From: Mogibacterium sp.
GTDB taxonomy: Bacteria > Bacillota > Clostridia > Peptostreptococcales > Anaerovoracaceae
DNA length: 64,000 nt
NCBI GenBank assembly: GCA_024403035.1
Contig: JAKSSP010000005.1
Span: forward strand, 24,176-88,175
Direction: 5' to 3'
The notes under the pieces were generated by a model, which was not told the DNA's origin, ran no database searches, and saw nothing but the letters and a program-made list of their open reading frames with translations. Shown piece by piece: positions 18,429-28,414 of this stretch (position 1 is its first letter; the number at the start of each line of letters is the position of its first letter). Made by a program: the position numbers and the translations under genes.

Positions 18429-19442
18429 TTATTTAATTGCATCAAAGGTAAGCGGTGTTCCCTTTTTCGCGTCATCACGAAATGTCCTTCCCAGCACATA
18501 CTCCAGATACTTAGGGGCAAGCCCATTTGAAGGACGCACACTTTTGACGTTTTCTTCGGTTATGACGTCACCGGCTTTGACGTCTTTAGCCACAAACAGA
18601 GAGCGCGCGTACTTACGACTGTTTATCTTTTTTTCAGTCAATTCGTAAGTTACCTCTCCGCGAATCTTTTCTACCATTCTGATTTTTCTGACCATTGTTT
18701 CGAATTCATCAGGAGTCATTGAAAAGGACGCATCCGGCCCGCCGATGGCTTTATCGAGGATGAAATGCTTTTCGACTACCGCAGCATCCATGGATGCTGC
18801 GACCACAGCCACCTCGTCTCCCGTGGTATGGTCCGAAAGACCTGTCTTGCAGCCGAATCGCTCCGCCATGTCCTGCATGGTTTCGAGATTAGCATCCTCA
18901 ATACTTGCCGGATATTCAGACGTGCATTTCAGCAGGTATACATCGTAATTTCCTATCTGATGGCATGCATGAACAGCATCCTGTATCTCTTCTTCAGTTG
19001 CGATTCCCGTCGAAATAATCATAGGTTTGCCAAAACTGGCAGCATATTTTATCAGTGGAATATCTGTGATTTCAAATGAAGCAATTTTATAAATCGGATT
19101 GCCGCATTTTTCGAGCAGATCTACTGCCGTTTTATCAAACGGAGTGGAAAACAGTGTAAAATCTATGCTTTTCGCATAATCGAACAGCTCTTCGTGCCAC
19201 TCCCAAGGCATATATGCTTCACTGTATAACTTGTACAGCGTCGTTCCATCCCAGATGGTCCCGGTGTTTATCTGAAAATATTCATTATCACAATCCAGTG
19301 TGATTGTGTCCGGCGTATACGACTGGATTTTTGCTGCGTCGCAGCCTATCTCCTTTGCCTTAAGAATGGATCTTTTCACGAGCTCTATATCGTGCCCGTG
19401 ATTAGCGGAAATTTCCGCAACTATCATCACTCTATTGCCCAT
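18429..19442 (-). CDS. pseI: Pseudaminic acid synthase (NeuB family)
   Basis: NeuB-type sequence MIVAEISANHGHDIELVKRSI..AKIQSY with a C-terminal SAF domain. I prefer the ATG at 19442, which sits behind GGAGGAG. Confidence 0.8.
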   Translation of the reverse strand: MGNRVMIVAEISANHGHDIELVKRSILKAKEIGCDAAKIQSYTPDTITLDCDNEYFQINTGTIWDGTTLYKLYSEAYMPWEWHEELFDYAKSIDFTLFSTPFDKTAVDLLEKCGNPIYKIASFEITDIPLIKYAASFGKPMIISTGIATEEEIQDAVHACHQIGNYDVYLLKCTSEYPASIEDANLETMQDMAERFGCKTGLSDHTTGDEVAVVAASMDAAVVEKHFILDKAIGGPDASFSMTPDEFETMVRKIRMVEKIRGEVTYELTEKKINSRKYARSLFVAKDVKAGDVITEENVKSVRPSNGLAPKYLEYVLGRTFRDDAKKGTPLTFDAIK

Positions 19443-20409
19443 TGTCTCCTCCGCGGAATGCCAGTTCATAAATAAAGTCTTTGCCGGATTTCATTGAATA
19501 AAATGTCTGCAGTTTTTCAAGTATGATTTTCCTTTTATCATACGAAAACATACGAGCCAGCGCATCCCTGTCATCCTCATACATTGCCTCAATATATCCG
19601 TTATCCGAGAGATATTTTGTATTGATCATTTGATTATCCACCACCGCGACCAGTACGGCTGGACACATCATCTTTATCAGCTCATTGGTCGTCTGCCCTG
19701 CTGAAGCAACTGCAAAATCGCAGCATTTCATCAGATCGCACATCTCGGAAGCTCCTATATTCAAATACAACCTGTCCTTTTCATTCAATTCCGCCTGAAT
19801 GAAGTTCAGATTTTGATATGCCTTGGTACATACCACATGGAGCCTGACCTCTTTTGACAGTTCCCTGATCATTCTGATGATTGATGCAGTCCTTCCCATA
19901 GGATCGGTCCCTCCCATCGTAATCAGAATGTCTGTAACCGTCTCTTTTATCTCCTTTTGTCCGTTTGAAGTGAACTCATCCCTCAGCAGTGTGTAATCTT
20001 TACCCAGAAACAGCTCGTTGTTCCTGTCCTGAGGATACTCGAGACAGATCGCAAAATAGTTTGGGTTAAGGATCTTCATGTCATGATAGTCCAGCCTGTT
20101 ATTGTCATCGATGACAACCATATCACGAACATGTTTTTGAAATTGCTCCAGGTCTTTAATATCTACATGATACGAATCGACCACAAGCGTAGTTTCAGAA
20201 TCGAGCAGCCCTTTAAATACATCCGGATCTTTCCACTCCACGAACCTGACATAGTCTCTGGTCAGGTTGGTCTTAGCTGCTTTGTCAGCCATAAGGTAAA
20301 AAATGACGTCTCCGCCCTCTCTTATGGCGTGTTCGCAGATACCGGACATTCTGTAAAAATGGCCGTATCCGTAATTGAATCCGGCCTCAGAAAAAATAGC
20401 TAATTTCAA
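19432..20409 (-). CDS. pseG: UDP-2,4-diacetamido-2,4,6-trideoxy-beta-L-altropyranose hydrolase-like (PseG/SpsG family)
   Basis: 325 aa with the N-terminal GxGHxxR-like segment (NYGYGHFYRMSGI) and a GT28-C-like fold pattern. It sits between the cytidylyltransferase and the synthase. There is no fused GNAT domain. Confidence 0.7.
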   Translation of the reverse strand: MKLAIFSEAGFNYGYGHFYRMSGICEHAIREGGDVIFYLMADKAAKTNLTRDYVRFVEWKDPDVFKGLLDSETTLVVDSYHVDIKDLEQFQKHVRDMVVIDDNNRLDYHDMKILNPNYFAICLEYPQDRNNELFLGKDYTLLRDEFTSNGQKEIKETVTDILITMGGTDPMGRTASIIRMIRELSKEVRLHVVCTKAYQNLNFIQAELNEKDRLYLNIGASEMCDLMKCCDFAVASAGQTTNELIKMMCPAVLVAVVDNQMINTKYLSDNGYIEAMYEDDRDALARMFSYDKRKIILEKLQTFYSMKSGKDFIYELAFRGGDNGQ

Positions 20410-21236
20410 TGATTTCTCCTCAGCAGCTCTGCTGCCCTGTCCATTTCCTGAAGTTTTAGAAGTTTTTCTGCCGCCTCGAGCTCTTCCTCCAGGGTATCGT
20501 ACTTTTTTTTCTGCATGATATCAGCGTTGATTGCGCTGATATACGGATGTCCGGCAAAACAGTCCAGTACGGTTCTGAATGAAAATCTATCCTTTTCGTT
20601 CCTGATAAGGTCTGTGATGATGCACGCCAAAGTATAGTCATTGACTGTGTCTACGGTAATCCTTACTTTGCTGTAATCCTCTCCGTCCAGTGTCAGACTG
20701 CCTACCCTGAATTCGTCCTGATGTGAGGTCACATAACTTGTGACATGCTCTCTGTAGAACTTCTCTTCGGTATTCTTGTGCATCCATTTCAGAACATCAT
20801 AGGTGAATATCTCGCAGTCAAGCCCATGCGGATAAGTCCTCCGGATGCAGTTGCTCGCGTACTGATAGTTTCCCTTGATGAAAAGCTCTATCAGCGCATC
20901 TATTACCGATGGATCAAGGAAAGGGCAGTCGCTCGTGATTCTAACAATATTATCGTAGCCGAACTCGTTCGCGGCACCATAAAATCTGTCCAGCACATCA
21001 TTCTCACTTCCGCGGAAGCACGCTATTCCTTCTCTTTTCGCATACTCTACCAACGGGTCATCATCTGAGTTTGTTGTGCATGCAATAAGAAAATGATCCA
21101 GTTTTTTTGCTGATCTGACCCTTTCGACAACACTTCCGAGGACGCTTTTTCCCTCTTGATAATCAATGGTACGCAGAACCTTGCCCGGTAGTCTGCTGGA
21201 CGTCATTCTGGCTTGAATGATGCAACCTGTTCTCAT
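20406..21236 (-). CDS. SpsF-type cytidylyltransferase (CTP_transf_3), putative CMP-nonulosonate synthetase
   Basis: The N-terminus reads CIIQARMTSSRLPGKVL, as in SpsF/COG1861 proteins. It overlaps pseG by 4 nt. Confidence 0.7.
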   Translation of the reverse strand: MRTGCIIQARMTSSRLPGKVLRTIDYQEGKSVLGSVVERVRSAKKLDHFLIACTTNSDDDPLVEYAKREGIACFRGSENDVLDRFYGAANEFGYDNIVRITSDCPFLDPSVIDALIELFIKGNYQYASNCIRRTYPHGLDCEIFTYDVLKWMHKNTEEKFYREHVTSYVTSHQDEFRVGSLTLDGEDYSKVRITVDTVNDYTLACIITDLIRNEKDRFSFRTVLDCFAGHPYISAINADIMQKKKYDTLEEELEAAEKLLKLQEMDRAAELLRRNH

Positions 21237-21248
21237 TATCGGTCCTCT

Positions 21249-22259
21249 CTACACTAGATGATATTCCTTCAGAAGTTTTTTGATATCCTCAACGGACAGC
21301 CACTCGGTATTGTTTCCAGAGCCGTATTCGAAACCTTCCTCAATCAAAGTTCCGCCTTCCTTGAAGGATTTTTTGAAATCGAACCATTCGAAGTTTGGAT
21401 AAATGATGTAGTAATTACCATAATCATATGTTGTTCTGGAATCGTCCTTCGTAATCATTACCTCATGGATCTTCTCACCCTCTCTGATTCCTACGATTTT
21501 CATCTTTGCGTCAGGGGCCATAGCCTTGCAAATGTCGGTTACATTGTATGAAGGGTTCTTGAATACAAAAGTCTCTCCGCCTGTCATGTTTTTGACTGCC
21601 ATAATAACAAGTTTTACGGCTTTGTCGAGAGTCATCCAGAATCTGGTCATTCTCTCGTCTGTTACAGGGAGTTCATCGAATCCCTTGTCGATAAGATCCT
21701 TAAAGAACGGGATGACAGAGCCGCGGCTTCCGGATACATTTCCGTATCTGACCAGAGCGAACTTTGTCCCGTTTGAGCCGGAGTAAGCGTTTGCGGAAAC
21801 GAACAACTTGTCGGATACGAGCTTTGTTCCACCGTAAAGGTTGATAGGGTTTACCGCCTTATCCGTTGAAAGAGCGACTACTTTTTCAACACCGCAGTCA
21901 AGAGCCGCGTCGATGATGTTCATGGCTCCGTTGATGTTGGTCTTGATAGCTTCTGTCGGGTTATACTCGCAAGCCGGCACCTGTTTCATAGCAGCTGCAT
22001 GAATGACTATGTCAACACCGTTAAAGGCTCTTTTAAGCCTGTCCTTGTCTCTTATATCACCAATGAAAAATCTGAACTTTTTCATTGCTTCAGCACCGTA
22101 CTTGGCGGTGAAATCCTTCTTCATAAGATCCTGCTTGAACTCGTCTCTGGAGAAGATGATGATTTTTCCGAAGTCATACTTTTCCAGTAATTCTCCCGAG
22201 AAGGCTTTCCCGAAAGACCCTGTTCCTCCGGTGATAAGAATCGTTTTGTCTTCAAACAT
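21249..22259 (-). CDS. pseB: UDP-N-acetylglucosamine 4,6-dehydratase (inverting)
   Basis: ILITGGTGSFGKAF...IIFSRDEFKQ...GDIRD, the pattern of the PseB/FlaA1/CapD short-chain dehydratases. Confidence 0.85.
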   Translation of the reverse strand: MFEDKTILITGGTGSFGKAFSGELLEKYDFGKIIIFSRDEFKQDLMKKDFTAKYGAEAMKKFRFFIGDIRDKDRLKRAFNGVDIVIHAAAMKQVPACEYNPTEAIKTNINGAMNIIDAALDCGVEKVVALSTDKAVNPINLYGGTKLVSDKLFVSANAYSGSNGTKFALVRYGNVSGSRGSVIPFFKDLIDKGFDELPVTDERMTRFWMTLDKAVKLVIMAVKNMTGGETFVFKNPSYNVTDICKAMAPDAKMKIVGIREGEKIHEVMITKDDSRTTYDYGNYYIIYPNFEWFDFKKSFKEGGTLIEEGFEYGSGNNTEWLSVEDIKKLLKEYHLV

Positions 22260-22307
22260 TTTTGTTTCCTCCGTATTATGATAAATAGCGTCTTAACATA
22301 TAAATAA

Positions 22308-23456
22308 TTACTTCTTGAATTTTTTTATAGTTTCAATAACAAATCCCTGTTCGTCCTCCGTCATGCTGTGATACATTGGGAGACTGAGTTCTCCGGCATA
22401 AAATGCTTCAGCTTCAGGATAATCTCCTTCTTTAAACCCATAATTGTCCATATAGTATGGATGCAGGTGCAGCGGCACGTAGTGGATTTGTGCGAATATC
22501 TTATTCTCGCGTAGATATGCGTGCAAAGCCTTGCGGATCTCTGCGGAGCAGCATCTGACAGTAAATAAATGATATGAATGGACTGTATCTCCCTGTGCAT
22601 CAAACCCCAGCCGAGGTGGGAGTTCCAGAAAACTGCAATCTTTTAATTCTTCGTGATATCTGGCAGCGATGGAGTTTCTTGCCGCAAGATTATCTTCAAG
22701 TCTTGAGAATTGACTTAGTCCCAAAGCTGCCTGGAAATCCGTCAGTCTGTAGTTGTAACCTAGAGACTGCATCTCATAATACCAAGGGCCATCATTCTTT
22801 CTAAGGCTCGCCGGATCTCTGGTGATGCCGTGAGTCCTGAAAAGTCTGAGTTTTTCATTCAGCTCGTCACTATTAGTGAGAACCATTCCTCCCTCGCCTG
22901 TTGTGACATGCTTGACCGGATGGAATGAAAGGATGGCCATATCCACATACTCCATCCCAAAAGTTCCGTCTCTTCTGCTGCCAAGAGCGTGGCATGCATC
23001 GTGTATTATCCCGCATCCTTTGTCCTTAGCTGTCTCATGGACGGCTTTCAGATCGACCGGATATCCTGCATATGAGACCGGCGTTATTACTTTTGTTTTG
23101 TCGTTGATCGCGTCTGCAATCTTATTGACATCAATGCAATTGGTCTCCGGATCCATGTCGACAAAACATGGGGTAGCTCCACAGTATATGCCGCCATTCA
23201 CAGAGGCAGCAAATGTAATCGGTGACGACAGTACTTCATCCCCCGGACAAGTGCCTAAGGCATTGTATGCGGCATGAAGAGCAGCAGTGCCGTTTGAAAA
23301 AGCTACGCCATACTTCGCTCCGTGGTATTCAGCAACTGTTCTTTCGAATTCAGGAAGAACCTCTCCCTGTGTGATCAACTCTGACTTGAGAACCTCTATT
23401 ACTTTTTCAATATCCTCTTCTGTAATGTCTTGTTTTCCGTATGGTATTTTGTTCAT
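22308..23456 (-). CDS. pseC: UDP-4-amino-4,6-dideoxy-N-acetyl-beta-L-altrosamine transaminase (DegT/DnrJ/EryC1 family)
   Basis: IPYGKQDITEEDIEKVIEVLKSELITQG..FSNGTAALH and SFHPVKHVTTGEGG (the PLP lysine region), as in PseC-type aminotransferases. Confidence 0.8.
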   Translation of the reverse strand: MNKIPYGKQDITEEDIEKVIEVLKSELITQGEVLPEFERTVAEYHGAKYGVAFSNGTAALHAAYNALGTCPGDEVLSSPITFAASVNGGIYCGATPCFVDMDPETNCIDVNKIADAINDKTKVITPVSYAGYPVDLKAVHETAKDKGCGIIHDACHALGSRRDGTFGMEYVDMAILSFHPVKHVTTGEGGMVLTNSDELNEKLRLFRTHGITRDPASLRKNDGPWYYEMQSLGYNYRLTDFQAALGLSQFSRLEDNLAARNSIAARYHEELKDCSFLELPPRLGFDAQGDTVHSYHLFTVRCCSAEIRKALHAYLRENKIFAQIHYVPLHLHPYYMDNYGFKEGDYPEAEAFYAGELSLPMYHSMTEDEQGFVIETIKKFKK

Positions 23457-23478
23457 CTCGCTCTCTCTTTCTAACTAT

Positions 23479-24630
23479 CTATATGCATGCTTTCAGTATT
23501 TTTTGAACAGCCTTGTTATCGAGTACCAGATATCCATTGATACTGCCCTTGCTGCATATAGATGCTGCCATGTCTTCTGCATCTATATTTTCAATGCCTG
23601 CACCCTTCAGCGTCGTTACCAGGCCCAGATCTCCGTATAAGAATTTTTCCAGATCTTCTACTGCTTCTTCCTCATCCGCCGATCCAAACACATTCCGCCC
23701 GAATTCTCTAAACCTGCTCCTTGTTTCAGGATCGGCCTCCATACAGTATCTCATCCATTTCGGAGTGATGACAGCCAGTCCGAGTCCGTGAGTCATGTTG
23801 TATCTGGCGGAAAGTTCGTGCTCTATCGGGTGGCAACTCCATACCTGTCTTGAGCCACCACCGAACAGACCATTGATAGCCCAGGATGCGGCCCACAGGA
23901 GATTGCCTCTGGCTTCATAGTTTTCAGGCTCTGCAAGCGCGATCTTCGCATTAGCCACGACAGTCTTCATGACCCCCTCCATCATCCTGTCCAGAAGACA
24001 GAAGTCCAGGTCTTTCTTGAAATAGCTTTCCATGACATGTGACAGTATGTCAGCGGCGCCGCAAGCGGTCTGAAATGCCGGCACAGAATACGTCAGCTCC
24101 GGATCCAGGAATGAAGCTTTCGGAAATACAGGGAACCCTCCGCGCCCCAGTTTTTCGCATGTTTCGTCATTGCTTATGACCGCGCCGCATGTCATCTCGG
24201 ATCCTGTTGATGCCATCGTGACGACAGTGAACAGCGGAAGCGCCTTTTCTATCATTCTGCGCGGACCACCGTAGAACTCCCATGGATCAAAGTCAACGCA
24301 AGCGCCTGCCGCGATAGCCTTGGATGCATCAATGACCGAACCCCCTCCCACAGCGAGCACAATATCTATACAGCTTTCTTTGCATTTCGCTGCGCCGCTG
24401 CGTATGGATGCGATTTTCGGATTAGGCTCTATTCCGCCGTGTTCAAACACCTCGAAATCATCCTTAAGCAGATCTTTGATCTTTGCCAAAAGCCCTGTTC
24501 TGATTACAGAGCCTCCTCCATATACTATAAGTATCTTACTGCCGAACGGCTTCATCTCGGTATTTAGCTTGCTGAGGCAGTCCTTCCCAAAGACCATTTT
24601 TGTAGGGATATGAAAAACGAAGTCATTCAT
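23479..24630 (-). CDS. Iron-containing (group III) alcohol dehydrogenase
   Basis: 383 aa with the GGGSVIDASKAIA motif and the histidine-rich metal-site region (HPIEHELS). It overlaps the upstream aminotransferase by 8 nt. Confidence 0.8.
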   Translation of the reverse strand: MNDFVFHIPTKMVFGKDCLSKLNTEMKPFGSKILIVYGGGSVIRTGLLAKIKDLLKDDFEVFEHGGIEPNPKIASIRSGAAKCKESCIDIVLAVGGGSVIDASKAIAAGACVDFDPWEFYGGPRRMIEKALPLFTVVTMASTGSEMTCGAVISNDETCEKLGRGGFPVFPKASFLDPELTYSVPAFQTACGAADILSHVMESYFKKDLDFCLLDRMMEGVMKTVVANAKIALAEPENYEARGNLLWAASWAINGLFGGGSRQVWSCHPIEHELSARYNMTHGLGLAVITPKWMRYCMEADPETRSRFREFGRNVFGSADEEEAVEDLEKFLYGDLGLVTTLKGAGIENIDAEDMAASICSKGSINGYLVLDNKAVQKILKACI

Positions 24631-25840
24631 TATTTGTCTCCTGCAGTTCTTCCAGGACTCTATCGAGCGTGTCGATTGCGAAGTCGATATCCTTTTCTTC
24701 TATGAGATAATCCGGCAAGAACCTTAGCGTGCGGCCACCATTAGTTCCTTGTATGATAACTCCGTTTTTGATCATCCTGTCATAGAGTGTTGCATAAAGA
24801 GGTCTGTAATCATCTACACCTTCGTAATAAAGGTCGCATCCCAGCATGAGACCGTGTCCACGGGCATCCTTTATATGCTCATTCTTTTCCTCAAGTCCTT
24901 TTAGTCTTGACAAGAAATAATTGCCTCTGGACGTAATTCCGGAAAGCACATCGTGTTTCTCAATGTACTCAACTGCAGTATTAATTATTGCTGCGGCAAA
25001 TGAGTCGTTCTGATGAGAACTATAATGTGACATTCTATATACATCGTCAGGTACGAACTCTTTTTTAAACATGGCTACTGAAACCGGAAAGCCCAGCCCA
25101 ACGCTCTTTGCAAGAATGACCATATCCGGAACAGTATCGAAAGCCTGATAAGCAAACCACTTTCCTGTCCTTCCGAAGCCCGTCTGGCTTTCGTCAAAGA
25201 TAAGGATCGTATCATTCTTGTCACAGACCTCGCGAAGCAGATCAAACCATTTCTTTGGCGGATACAGCATTCCTCCTACAGAAACAATTGGCTCGACTAC
25301 AACCGATGCATACTGTCCTGTAGAAAGCAATTTATCAAGTTCTGCAGCTGAACGGACAGCTTCTTCGTCAGTTGTCGGCACATTGACTGTCCCTATATCA
25401 TCGACATGTGGTTTTGCAAACTTTCCTCCGAAAGTAATGGTCTGTGAACCCAAAGTCAGTCCATGATAGCCTTTATCAAAGCAGACCACACCTTCTCTTC
25501 CTTTTATGAACTTGGAGAATCTCATGCAGAACTCGACAGCTTCAGACCCCGTGCTAAGCAGAATGCTGTAGGCATCCATGTCTCCGCTTAATTCATTCAA
25601 CTTATTTGAGCAGACCGCTACTTCATCTGTGTATATATTTGATGCTGTATGAACGATGTTACGAGCTTTTGCAAATATCTTATCTAAAACTTCCTCATTG
25701 GAATGACCCAGAGCAACACAAAACTGTCCGGAATTGAGATCAAGATATTTGTTGCCTTCTGTATCATATACCCAACTACCATCGCCCTTTGACATTACCT
25801 CTTCGGTAAAGTGAATGATAGGCAGCAAGTGATTGTCCAT
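24623..25840 (-). CDS. Class-III PLP-dependent aminotransferase
   Basis: 405 aa with STGSEAVE, IFDESQTGFGRTGKWFAYQ and ILAKSVG (the PLP lysine), the pattern of acetylornithine/GABA-type aminotransferases. Confidence 0.8.
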   Translation of the reverse strand: MDNHLLPIIHFTEEVMSKGDGSWVYDTEGNKYLDLNSGQFCVALGHSNEEVLDKIFAKARNIVHTASNIYTDEVAVCSNKLNELSGDMDAYSILLSTGSEAVEFCMRFSKFIKGREGVVCFDKGYHGLTLGSQTITFGGKFAKPHVDDIGTVNVPTTDEEAVRSAAELDKLLSTGQYASVVVEPIVSVGGMLYPPKKWFDLLREVCDKNDTILIFDESQTGFGRTGKWFAYQAFDTVPDMVILAKSVGLGFPVSVAMFKKEFVPDDVYRMSHYSSHQNDSFAAAIINTAVEYIEKHDVLSGITSRGNYFLSRLKGLEEKNEHIKDARGHGLMLGCDLYYEGVDDYRPLYATLYDRMIKNGVIIQGTNGGRTLRFLPDYLIEEKDIDFAIDTLDRVLEELQETNNE

Positions 25841-25846
25841 ATGTTT

Positions 25847-27085
25847 TTATACCTCCCTTATAACGAACTGTTTTTCTATCTCAGCGCAGATCGCCTTCGC
25901 GCTTTCTAAAGTGTCTGCCGCGACAACATAAAAGCCCCTGCCCATGACTGATCTGCCATCAGTGACCATCCCTATGGAATCGCCCGGCTTGAGATTGCAA
26001 TTATAACAAACTACATCCTCTCTGCTCTTTGTAGTCTCAGGATCTGGCAGCTTTTCTATTATTCCTTCCTTAAGGTCAAAGTATTTTATCAACATACTTT
26101 TTGCATTATATTGATAATCCATTTCAAAAGGCTTTCTCTCTTTCGAGGCAATGGCAAAATCAATATAACTGCCCAGCATATCAAACCCTGTTGCGTATCT
26201 TGTGAAATAGTTGTGCAGATAGTGCCCGGATGGACGGGGCGAGACCTCGATAACAAATGCCTCTCTTCCATCATCGAGTATGTCTGCATGCATAAGGCAG
26301 TTGTTCAATCCTAAAGCGTCTACTATTCCTTTCAAGAGAGTGTTTATTCTGTTGAATAATTCTTCCGTCTCACGATTGTATTCTATCGCAAAATAGCCAA
26401 CACACTGTCTATATGGCTCCGGTGTAAGGATCTTCTCTCTGAGCAAGATCAGATGTGTGGTTCCGTTGACAATAAATACATCAGCTCCGTATTCAATTCC
26501 TTTTTTACATGTCTCTGCAATAAAGTCTTCTTCTTTTGATACTATTTCACCGACATCTTCCGATAATTCCGCGTATGAGCCATACTTTTTTACCGCTCTG
26601 CTTCCTGATCCGAATCTGGGCTTTAGTATCAGCGGATAATCTATATCGGCAAGTTTTGAAACATTTTCATTGCTTTTGACCAAAAGAGCTTCGGCATTTC
26701 TAAGCCCTTTATTTGAAAGGGTTTCGTGGAACGCCCATTTATCTGTTGACAAATGCGCAGCGTTGAACCGGACCCCCGGCAAATCAAATCTGTCATTCAC
26801 AGCGCCTGTTGCAACAAGAATTCTCCCCACCGGTACCGGAAGAAGAAAATCAATCGGATTTTTACAAAAATAATCAAAAAGCGCCTCTTCATCATTGAGA
26901 TCAACGACTGCGCTCTGATTTGCATGCTCAAGCCCCGGAGCTTTTTCGTTCCCATCTACAGCTATCGTGTAGATTCCTCTTTTTTTTGCTTCTTCTATAG
27001 CATATATTGATTCGTTGCTGGCTCCAATTATTCCTGCGCTGGCTGCTATCTTCATAAATCTTTTCCCTTTTTGAATGCAACTCAT
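25847..27085 (-). CDS. ATP-grasp domain ligase
   Basis: 412 aa with DYPLILKPRFGSGSRAV and EVSPRPSGH, patterns typical of the ATP-grasp fold. It is the first gene of the operon. The start could instead be the ATG at 27055. Confidence 0.7.
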   Translation of the reverse strand: MSCIQKGKRFMKIAASAGIIGASNESIYAIEEAKKRGIYTIAVDGNEKAPGLEHANQSAVVDLNDEEALFDYFCKNPIDFLLPVPVGRILVATGAVNDRFDLPGVRFNAAHLSTDKWAFHETLSNKGLRNAEALLVKSNENVSKLADIDYPLILKPRFGSGSRAVKKYGSYAELSEDVGEIVSKEEDFIAETCKKGIEYGADVFIVNGTTHLILLREKILTPEPYRQCVGYFAIEYNRETEELFNRINTLLKGIVDALGLNNCLMHADILDDGREAFVIEVSPRPSGHYLHNYFTRYATGFDMLGSYIDFAIASKERKPFEMDYQYNAKSMLIKYFDLKEGIIEKLPDPETTKSREDVVCYNCNLKPGDSIGMVTDGRSVMGRGFYVVAADTLESAKAICAEIEKQFVIREV

Positions 27086-27179
27086 AATCTCTTAAATTTT
27101 AACATATGCCATTAATTCAGGCAATTATCATATGTACTTACAGCCGAAAGATAACGATATACAGGCTTTATGAACAAAC

Positions 27180-27216
27180 CAAAGATGAACTCCATCGCAC
27201 TGGATGAAGTTCATCT
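27180..27216 (-). terminator. Hairpin terminator between the FN3 pseudogene and the pse operon
   Basis: agatgaactccatcg / ggatgaagttcatct forms an imperfect 15-bp stem with a short loop and T-rich flanks. Confidence 0.5.
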
Positions 27217-27242
27217 CATTAAAAGATTTATTGATATAGTTC

Positions 27243-28401
27243 CTACTTGACTTTCACGGCAGTCGGGCAAGATATGTTGCCAATGTAGTTGATGCCGCCG
27301 ACTCTTCTTATCTCTCTGATCTGAACATAATATGTCACGCCGCTTCTTAAGCCTTTCTTGGTGAAGCTCGTTGCCGATGAGCTCACGTTATTGATGTTGT
27401 TTGCCGCACCTGCACCGTTTGAATTCGTTGTGTACATCACCTGATAGCTCGTGGCTTTAGGGTTTTTTGCCAACTGATCGTGAAGCTTCCCTTGCCGGTT
27501 GATGAGAGTCTGATATTCTGGGTCGTATGGAAATAGCGGTATACAGTATCCGACCATTGCTTCGCTCCTATACCGCCTTTCTTTGCCCTTACACGGATCT
27601 CATACAGATTCCCAACGGTAAGCCCGCTTGTTGTTCCTCTTGTTGTGACTCCAACTGTTCTGCTTGCCCAAGTAGAAACTCCCCAAGCTCTCCAGTTGAT
27701 CTCATATCTGTCCTCTCCTTTTACATTTGACTTGTCCCATATGACATCATTTGTCTTTTTAGCTGAATTAGCGATAGTATTGCGGATAACAGGCTTTCCA
27801 TAAGGACCTATATAAAAACGAACATTGATCCAATCATAATCCTCTTCCCAATAATTGTTATCTTCATAATACAAATTTGCGTCTTCATCACACGGCCAGT
27901 TGATCAGCCAGAAATAATATGTTCCTGAAGTGTAAGTGGATAAATGAAGTTTAGTGGACCCTGTGTATTCCGTCCATCCGTAAACATCCGCTGCTTTATT
28001 TCCTTTTAGAAACTCGACGCATTTACCGTTCGCATTAAAAATTGCTATTACCGGGCATGAATATGCGTAATTGTACTTATCACATATTTCAACATAAAAA
28101 TCCAGTGTATCTGCAAGCCAACAGCAACTGTCTTCTTTAGGATCCCCAATCCAGCAGCATTCTTCCTTCTCATCAAAGGATCTAAGATTGCTACCCGAAT
28201 CATTTTTTTAAACTGCTGTTAATTCCACTTTCGATAGCCTTTTTTGCTCCGTCCGTAAGCTGAATTGCATCCGACTGGTATGGCTTAAAGCCTGCGCTGC
28301 TTTCAGTCTCCCGACCCGATTCGCTGCCGGCAAACGTAAATACTGCAGAGAGCATCAGTATTAAAAGGCTTATGCTTCATCTTCTAACCAATTTCTTCAT
28401 A
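27243..28401 (-). pseudogene. Decayed secreted protein gene with a C-terminal fibronectin-type-III-like region
   Basis: Good RBS and ATG at 28401, then signal peptide MKKLVRR-TGA-SISLLILMLSAVFTFAG. The reading frame then breaks at two A-homopolymers. Track ORFs 27437-27874 and 27243-27557 are consecutive pieces of the same protein. Confidence 0.8.
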
Positions 28402-28414
28402 AGCATCCTCCTTT

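Noticed and set aside
28378-28380. Possible TGA recoding (Trp/Gly/Sec) at codon 8 of the signal peptide in the FN3-like gene.
   Set aside because: TGA clearly terminates well-defined genes in this window (for example istA at 8355-8357). The same gene carries two further frameshifts, so ordinary nonsense decay is the simpler explanation.
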